Part shown: positions 1 through 6,653 of the stretch, piece by piece
How positions within the stretch are numbered: the first letter of the stretch is position 1
Layout: every line of letters starts with the position of its first letter
Origin: Bradymonadales bacterium
GTDB taxonomy: Bacteria > Bdellovibrionota > UBA2394
Length of the DNA: 20,000 nt
Assembly (NCBI GenBank): GCA_007693605.1
Contig: REDG01000024.1
Coordinates: 126,124 to 146,123 of the forward strand
Reading direction: 5' to 3'
Notes under the pieces: model-generated
Seen by the model: the letters and a program-made list of their open reading frames with translations, nothing else
The model's database searches: none
What the model was told of the DNA's origin: nothing
Program-made: the position numbers and the translations under genes

Positions 1-3000
1 ATCAGAACACTGAGATTTCTCGTTGGCCGCTCTCGACCTTCAAGATCAACGAAGGTCTTCTCATCTTGTAGAGCTCTAATTCTCTGAATGAAATACTCTC
101 GCGCTTCAGGGGGGGCTAAATGAAAGTCATCAAGAAAGATAAGCCCCCTCTCGCCCCCCTCTGCCGTGAGAAAGCTTTCAAAGGCTTTCTTGGCTTGCTC
201 AAAATTCAACATTCGCTCTGAAGAATTGTTTTCCTTAGAATTCGAAGTCTGCCCAAGGACTTGCGCCATATTCAAAACAAAGGCCAACTTTGTAGACTGG
301 GGAGGCTCGCCAGTCATTGAAAATATTTCAAACTCAAGAGCGGATATCAGGGTGCGAATCGCCGTGGTCTTGCTCGTACCCGTCCCCCCATAGATGATCG
401 CGGACGACTTGAGATTCCTAACCTGATCGGTAGAGAGTTGAGCTAAAAGCACTTGAATGAGTCTTTGCTTAAACTCAATTGGGCCGGTGTAACCGTGAGT
501 CTGCCACAGGTGAATAATATCCTTTCTTGAAAGAATTTTGAGATGATCCTCATCGTCTAGAAGATCCAGGTTGACGGGCATAGGAAAGACTCTTGCCAGA
601 GACTGTTCAACCAGTCTGAGATCGAGCACTCGTCTCTTGCGAATCCTCTCACTGGTGGTCATCTGAAACAAAAGCTCACTTAGAACCTTCAAGAAACTCT
701 CAAAAACAGGCATTCCATTGTCGAGAGCCAACTTCTCTGACCGATTAATCAGATAGGTGAGAATTTTATCTTCTAGCTCTTCCACACTATAGGATTTCTT
801 CTCAAAGTCCGCCACCAGGCCTTCGAGACTGACCTGAAACTGACTCATGCGGACACCGGGGTGAAGCAGTAGATTCTTTCTCGCGAATTCCAACCTGAGC
901 TCTGAGGTGGGGGGACTGAGTTTGACGACTTCAAAGAGATCAAAGACACCCATCTCATTCTCGATCGGGTGCGCTTCACGAAGCTTTTCCCAACTCTCTT
1001 CTGTTCCAATCAAGAGGGTTGATATGGGAGAGTTCGAGTCTGCAACAAAGTCAGCGGCGTCGACCCGCTGCCCCCCTGTTGCTAAGAAATACAAAATTGA
1101 GGGCGCCTGACTGAGCCTCTCTGGTTGGCGTTCTAGATCTTCACCGTCTAGCGAAACACTATTGCCAATTGCTCGACTAAGAATGAGGTCTGATGTTTCG
1201 TTCTGAGTCTTTTCCTGACGGGTCGATACGCGAGCAATCTTATCGATCGATTCGAGCAAGACCGGCGCTTTCTGATGGGTCCGAGACTCAGAAATCATAT
1301 GTCTGATATTCTCGAGAACCTCCCTTTGAGAGATCGGCTCCTCGATCTTGGGCAGCGCATAGAGCTGATACCTCCCGCTACTTTTGTGCCAAGGGCCTCC
1401 GTGAGCAGCATCTCGATGTCGATAAGCAAATGGATATTGTCCCGCATATCGAAGCAGATCTGGCGAAACAATGAGAACCACCTTTCTTGCCTTTGTGCGA
1501 ATATCTGCCAAATCATTCAGCAAATCTGGATACTCCGGAAAGACATCAGTCTGATATTCAGCGGCATTTCTGGCTCTGCGGCGCTCAGGATCAGACTCTA
1601 CCCAATCGCGAACAAGCCAATTGGAGTAAAAGCGCCCTTGAGACTCAGACAACGCCCCATCGCCCAAAGCAGCGGGTCGCAATCGAAGCTTTGGGGCGTT
1701 CCTTGTTAAGATTTGCTGACCATCGGACAGACGAATCACCCGGAAGTTAGGGTCTATGAGATCTCTTCCCGGATCCTGTGAGAAGTAGATCCCCGCATCG
1801 GGAGAGACAAAAATTCTGGAAAGAAATTCCTCTTTGGTTAGGGCCCCCTCAATATTGATCAAAGCCTTTGTGCCGTGGATCTCGAAGCGCGACTGCTCGA
1901 CATTTCCAGAATTTGACTTAATCCTTATCTCCGACAGTATAAGATATCGAATGCTTGTCTCGATGGCCTCTCCCTCCGACTGGCTAATCGACAACGCAAG
2001 TTTGAGTCCGTCAGAAGCGCTCATTCCCACCGAGGGAAACAGATGAATATCTCGAATATCTTCAAAACTCGAGTCGAGATCAATCTCAATTGGGGAGTCA
2101 ATCATCTTGGCCTCTGAATCAACGAGCAGCAATACAAGACGAGCTTTTGAAGCCGCATCTGGAAGATCGGTCAGATAGAATCCAACGATCTGAATCTCTG
2201 TTAGGGAGTTCCAACCCGTCTTCACCTTGAGATCAATGGCCAGATTCATTTCGTTTCGAATAAGGCTGGGTAGATATCCAAGCGCGGAGTCAACAGAGTC
2301 ATCACTCTTCGTAAAGTAGACTCCTGTTGGGTTGGGGCCCTCCGGTGGTCGTTCAAATTCAAAAAAACTGACTCCATCTGAAAGTGAAACTTCTCTAAGG
2401 GGTTCCAAGAAGTGATAGCTCAATCGGCCAGTCTCAAAAGTTGTCAAGACATCAACAGTCGCTGCGGTCTTCCGAAATTTTCTTTGAAAGTCTTCTGAAG
2501 AGAGGCCGACCGGCGTTTCAATATCAAAGAGCAATCGCTCTCCCGCAGCGATGATCATTCTCCTGGCCAAATCTTCTTGGGGAAAGAATTTGGGGCTTAG
2601 GTGTTGGACTCGGTGAATCTGAGATCGCCCCTCTAGATCTGAGATTTCATAAGCAACGGTCTCTGCATCTCCGGATTCAAACTGCCAAGAAACCACCAGA
2701 ACTTTGGCTTCAGCAGAGTAAGCAGCACTAAGGTCTACTAGATCGGTCGCTGCTGGTCGAATCGGCTCAATCTCAATGCTCTGCTGGCGAGACCTCTGTA
2801 CATAGGTGAACAAAACCCTCTCATCCCTCAAAACAACCAGACCTAAGCCGCTGCGAGCAGAACTGGCTACACGGCGAAAGGCCAGTTGAGGATGAGGCGC
2901 CGAAGTGGAGATCACATAGGGACTCGTCTCATCCAAAACATTTTCTTTACCTGCAAGCCACTGCACTCCTCGGGCAGCATCGTAGTAGGCATAGATGGGA

Positions 3001-3926
3001 GGACCATCTGAGCCGAGACCCACCCTCAAGGGGTGTCTCACCTCGATACGATCATGGGGAATGGATATGAGAGGCAAATAGGGATAGATCCTCCAAAACT
3101 CTTGTAGATCTGAAAGTTGATCTCCCGATTTCAGCGCCAATCGAAAAAACTCGCTCGGACTCAATCGCTCCATTAAGTCACGAAGGCTCTGCTTCCACTC
3201 AACCACAAAATCTGCCTCGTTACCTCTCTCTTGAACAGCCATCTGTAAGAGATTTCTGGAAACAAGAGCCGAGTAATTATCATGAAAAAACATGCGGCCG
3301 AATAGCTCTGAATGATCTGAAAACTCATAGTCTAAAAGCACTGGATCTCGGATGGGCCTGATTTTTCCAGACTCGAAACTCTCTTTGTTAAAAATAACGG
3401 CAAATGTAAGACCAGAACCATGAATTGAGTTTTTGGTCTTCATGGAAACGAGAACAACATAATGAGGCTCAGCTCCCATCTTAATATCAGTCCCCTCAAT
3501 TGAGACATCTTCAATGTCCTCAATCATCGGTAGGGGGATCTTCTGGCCAAGTATCGGGTCTCGTATTTGATCGATCTCAAAAATACTTTGAGGATCCTCG
3601 TCTCTCGATCGGGTGGAGAAAAAGGTGAGTCGTCCATCCAAGATACAAAGACTTTGGAAGTCATTCGCAACCCTGGGGAACTCGATGACATGCGAAAGTC
3701 CTCCGGTCACAGATTCTAAAAGAACCTCCCCCTCTAGAGCTAGGCGCCACGACCTTCCGTCTCGAATATAAATTCCTGGACTTCGACTAGATGTTCCCAT
3801 TTCATCCGGCACAGCGATCAGGTAGGGAGTCCCTGCCTGAAAGGGCGGCTCCTCTTCTCTGGTCTGAGCTGTTGACTCAAACCCGATCAGGCCAAAGAGA
3901 AGAGCTGCAAGATGCGCTCTTATCAT
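1..3926 (-). CDS. Large signal-peptide-bearing ClpA/ClpB-like AAA+ protein (>1308 aa; 3' end runs off the window)
   Basis: Not in the ORF track because its stop lies outside the window. Manual translation from ATG 3926 to base 3 shows no in-frame stop. N-terminus MIRAHLAALLFGLIGFESTA|QTREEE looks like a Sec signal, with SD-like GGGGAG about 7 nt upstream. C-terminal part has Walker A-like AIIYGGTGTSKTT (~363-401), Walker B LIFLDD (~126-143) and KTFVDLEGRERPTRNLSVL (~3-59), resembling the Clp NBD2 'D.QGR.VDF.N...I' segment. STLLIGTEESWEKL...FEVVKLSPPT (~906-1022) resembles the end of Clp NBD1. Confidence 0.8.
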   Translation of the reverse strand, partial: MIRAHLAALLFGLIGFESTAQTREEEPPFQAGTPYLIAVPDEMGTSSRSPGIYIRDGRSWRLALEGEVLLESVTGGLSHVIEFPRVANDFQSLCILDGRLTFFSTRSRDEDPQSIFEIDQIRDPILGQKIPLPMIEDIEDVSIEGTDIKMGAEPHYVVLVSMKTKNSIHGSGLTFAVIFNKESFESGKIRPIRDPVLLDYEFSDHSELFGRMFFHDNYSALVSRNLLQMAVQERGNEADFVVEWKQSLRDLMERLSPSEFFRLALKSGDQLSDLQEFWRIYPYLPLISIPHDRIEVRHPLRVGLGSDGPPIYAYYDAARGVQWLAGKENVLDETSPYVISTSAPHPQLAFRRVASSARSGLGLVVLRDERVLFTYVQRSRQQSIEIEPIRPAATDLVDLSAAYSAEAKVLVVSWQFESGDAETVAYEISDLEGRSQIHRVQHLSPKFFPQEDLARRMIIAAGERLLFDIETPVGLSSEDFQRKFRKTAATVDVLTTFETGRLSYHFLEPLREVSLSDGVSFFEFERPPEGPNPTGVYFTKSDDSVDSALGYLPSLIRNEMNLAIDLKVKTGWNSLTEIQIVGFYLTDLPDAASKARLVLLLVDSEAKMIDSPIEIDLDSSFEDIRDIHLFPSVGMSASDGLKLALSISQSEGEAIETSIRYLILSEIRIKSNSGNVEQSRFEIHGTKALINIEGALTKEEFLSRIFVSPDAGIYFSQDPGRDLIDPNFRVIRLSDGQQILTRNAPKLRLRPAALGDGALSESQGRFYSNWLVRDWVESDPERRRARNAAEYQTDVFPEYPDLLNDLADIRTKARKVVLIVSPDLLRYAGQYPFAYRHRDAAHGGPWHKSSGRYQLYALPKIEEPISQREVLENIRHMISESRTHQKAPVLLESIDKIARVSTRQEKTQNETSDLILSRAIGNSVSLDGEDLERQPERLSQAPSILYFLATGGQRVDAADFVADSNSPISTLLIGTEESWEKLREAHPIENEMGVFDLFEVVKLSPPTSELRLEFARKNLLLHPGVRMSQFQVSLEGLVADFEKKSYSVEELEDKILTYLINRSEKLALDNGMPVFESFLKVLSELLFQMTTSERIRKRRVLDLRLVEQSLARVFPMPVNLDLLDDEDHLKILSRKDIIHLWQTHGYTGPIEFKQRLIQVLLAQLSTDQVRNLKSSAIIYGGTGTSKTTAIRTLISALEFEIFSMTGEPPQSTKLAFVLNMAQVLGQTSNSKENNSSERMLNFEQAKKAFESFLTAEGGERGLIFLDDFHLAPPEAREYFIQRIRALQDEKTFVDLEGRERPTRNLSVL

Positions 3927-3929
3927 TCT

Positions 3930-6380
3930 TTATCTCCCCGGCTGCTTTTGACTTCGTAGCGCCATTGATCTCTGAATCGCCTCAATGGCGATTCTTGCGG
4001 ACTGAGGATTGTATCCGAAGTCTTGACTCAAGGTGTTTAACAGACCGTCTGCCCGCATCTGAAGATCTGGATCTTTGACCCTGCCAGTTCCCGTCGCCGC
4101 CGAAAGCAAAGAGCTCAAACTCGCATTCTCTCGAGCCAACTGTAAGTGAACATAATACTGTGTGATCGCAGCAAGAAATTCCGGATGAATTGCAGAATCA
4201 TCGGTAGAGGAATTAACACTCCATGTAAACCAAGTTCCAACCTCCTGAAAATCAAACGCACGGCCTGTAAGCTCTTGCCAAGCCCTCTTGACTCCGTCCA
4301 GTCTTTCAAAATTAATCGGAGTCTCTGCGCCCGTCGAAGGATGAAGATAATGAGTCGCCTTGGCATCACCCGATAAGGCCGTCATCTCGGCGATCATTTC
4401 ATCGTAAACGAGCGAAACAAATTCCTCACCCATCTGCCTCATATAGGCCTCACTCAGATCCCTCTCGTACTTTGGAATAATCCATCGTTGATGAATCTCT
4501 TCAGCAAGAAGAATGAGATGTCTTTGATCTTCTGGCTTAAGCCCTCGATATCGATCATCGTAAACCAAGTCCCGAATCACTTGAATGATGAGTTCCGGAG
4601 TAAGAGTGTTGTGATAGGTCGAACTGGCTGCCAACGAGAGGGCTGCCGTCCACATTCGAGCGGCAACCCGATGGTCTAAACCAAAAGTCCCCTCATCCCC
4701 TAGTCGCGACAAAGCCATCAAGTTGTGCATTCTAGCTCTTTCAATCTGAGTCTCTCCGAAATAGACTTTCAGACGGCTGATTCGATCCACCAAGTGGATA
4801 TCAGAGTCCTTCACCATCGGAAATTGCTGAGCGAGACGAATATCATTCAGATTGAACTGCATTCGAGACAGAGACATGATTGCAGCCATGAACTCCAAAC
4901 TATGCGGCCCGATCTCAATAGGAGAGTGCTCAGGGTTTCCATAAGCCAACGCGAATCTTCGGTGTGTTGTAGCAGGCCTCTTTCCAAATTCTCTGCTTGG
5001 AACGAGCCGGAAAACAGACTTGCCCCTCACTTCGACCCAGTCTGCCCCAGACTCTCCCAATGGCCGCATCCAAAGCGGATTCGTTTCCATCGCCAGAAGC
5101 TGCATATTAGAAATCGGATCGATCAGAGAATTCATAGGGATAGGCAGAATTCTGCTGAGCAGAGGAGAGTTGGGATCTCTTTCCTCTAGCTCTTTTAGCT
5201 CCCTCGTATTCGTGGCTCCAAGGAATAGAATGTCAATCGGTACCGTGACCCCCGCCGCAATATCAACTCGATGACTAGAGACCAAATTCAATAGTTTTGC
5301 AAAGAAAGCCGGATGATTCTTTAAGAGCTCATCGAAGTAGATCACGCCGCCATTGGCAAGCGGAATGATTCCATAGTCCCAGGCAAAGGGATCATTGATG
5401 CCCGCCCTCATCGCATGAATCGCATTGGGTCGGCCAAAGATTTCCGAATCTCTTGGCTCGTCGCCTTGTTGTGCAATCAGGGGAAGCGTGGTGGAATCAC
5501 CTAGAATCAGCCTCTTGATCCGAATATGTTTTGAAAGAACGCTTACAATTTCTTCATCACTAAGAGTCTCGCCCTTTTCCGCTTCGTAGTGGGCAATGAT
5601 TTCTGCTCGAATTGCAGCTGACTTTGGATTCGGCTGCCGTTTGGGGTTAGGATCTTGATGAAGTTCAATATAAACTCTTGATCGATGTTCTGCAAGAATG
5701 GCCTCCTGATACGAGTCCGGAAGAAGACTAAATGGAGAGTCGTTGATTGGATCTGCAAATGCTCTTGGGCTTTCCGCCTTCACAAACTCTGACGGAAGTC
5801 GATTTTTTAAACTGGGAATTTTGGACAGATCGACCCACTCAAAAGTGTAGGCAAAGTGCTTTGGAACTCTCATCGTCGCGTTCGACATAGATGTTCTCAG
5901 ATGCTCAAGAATAAAGGACTTTCCACTGCCGGGTACGCCGACCAACATGGGCATATCTCTGCCGGAAGCGCCTCCCGAGGCTGCGGCCTTGATTGCTTCG
6001 ACTAGCTGAGCGGCCGCCTGCTCTTGACCCACTAAAAATTTACCATCCGCTAGATCGTGAGCAGTGGAGAGTAGATTGTAGACCTTATGCTTCCGGCTAC
6101 CCGTAAAGGGATCGACTTTCTCTTCGACGCCAGCGGAAAGAAACAAATGGAGTAGCGTTTGTGGGCTCGACATGATGGTCCATGGGTGATTGGCAATGAA
6201 GCTCTCGGGACCAGCCTCAAGAAGAACCTCAAGGTCATGTCGCTCCTTATCAGCGACTCGACGATAATCGATGGAGTCCCCCCGGATGACGATGTTTTCA
6301 ACACTGACCCGACACTTATCCGATGCATCAACTCCTGCGATCAAACCGGCTAATACAAAAAAATAGGCAAAATTTTTCAC
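3930..6380 (-). CDS. prkA: PrkA/YeaG-family AAA+ (serine kinase/ATPase-like) protein with N-terminal signal peptide, ~816 aa
   Basis: Collinear PrkA motifs: GQEQAAAQLVEAIKAAA, Walker A MLVGVPGSGKS, PINDSPFSLLP, DPFAWDYG..PLANGGVIYFDELLK (Walker B), GATN, LLSRI (arginine finger region), IGPHSLE...LSRM, RLKVYFGE, DEGTFGLDHR. Start placed at GTG 6380 rather than 6407 because GGGGAGAGGG lies just upstream and this gives MKNFAYFFVLAGLIAGVDA|SDKC. Confidence 0.85.
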   Translation of the reverse strand: MKNFAYFFVLAGLIAGVDASDKCRVSVENIVIRGDSIDYRRVADKERHDLEVLLEAGPESFIANHPWTIMSSPQTLLHLFLSAGVEEKVDPFTGSRKHKVYNLLSTAHDLADGKFLVGQEQAAAQLVEAIKAAASGGASGRDMPMLVGVPGSGKSFILEHLRTSMSNATMRVPKHFAYTFEWVDLSKIPSLKNRLPSEFVKAESPRAFADPINDSPFSLLPDSYQEAILAEHRSRVYIELHQDPNPKRQPNPKSAAIRAEIIAHYEAEKGETLSDEEIVSVLSKHIRIKRLILGDSTTLPLIAQQGDEPRDSEIFGRPNAIHAMRAGINDPFAWDYGIIPLANGGVIYFDELLKNHPAFFAKLLNLVSSHRVDIAAGVTVPIDILFLGATNTRELKELEERDPNSPLLSRILPIPMNSLIDPISNMQLLAMETNPLWMRPLGESGADWVEVRGKSVFRLVPSREFGKRPATTHRRFALAYGNPEHSPIEIGPHSLEFMAAIMSLSRMQFNLNDIRLAQQFPMVKDSDIHLVDRISRLKVYFGETQIERARMHNLMALSRLGDEGTFGLDHRVAARMWTAALSLAASSTYHNTLTPELIIQVIRDLVYDDRYRGLKPEDQRHLILLAEEIHQRWIIPKYERDLSEAYMRQMGEEFVSLVYDEMIAEMTALSGDAKATHYLHPSTGAETPINFERLDGVKRAWQELTGRAFDFQEVGTWFTWSVNSSTDDSAIHPEFLAAITQYYVHLQLARENASLSSLLSAATGTGRVKDPDLQMRADGLLNTLSQDFGYNPQSARIAIEAIQRSMALRSQKQPGR

Positions 6381-6653
6381 CAATCCCTCTCCCCTCACTA
6401 GTTGCACCTATAAGATTTAGTGAAGCTCGCTGTAATGCGTCAAGAAGACTTATGCGACGCGATGCGCTAATAAGCTCGTGGTACTGAAAAAAATGCAGAC
6501 TAGATTAAATTGCAGGCCTCCCCTCAGAATCAGAACCAAGCTCTCAAATCTGAATCTCTAATTTCAGAGGCAACTTTTTTTACTCGAACTATCTCGACCA
6601 TTTGAGACTCTTTACGACTGCCCAGCGAAGATCGAACGAAGGATAATGACATC

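Noticed and set aside
1..3790. Apparent ~3.8-kb non-coding region, with short tracked ORFs (166-393, 907-1110, 1275-1709, 1295-1516, 1487-1750, 1834-2046)
   Set aside because: The region is fully occupied by one uninterrupted minus-strand ORF from 3926; the short ORFs are its shadows.
3924..3932. PrkA-like and Clp-like ORFs are in the same frame with a single TAA between them (possible readthrough fusion or nonsense-split pseudogene)
   Set aside because: The PrkA-like protein appears complete, and the downstream ORF has its own SD-like motif, ATG and signal peptide. TAA is not a usual recoding codon, and other genes here use it as a normal stop.
6381..6407. ORF-track start at 6407 for the PrkA-like gene
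   Set aside because: The extra residues (MQLVRGEGL) are encoded by the purine-rich SD region; GTG 6380 gives a better SD and a canonical signal peptide.
6415..6443. Possible sigma70 promoter (TTGACG on the minus strand) for the ATPase operon
   Set aside because: No convincing -10 hexamer at 16-18 nt spacing.
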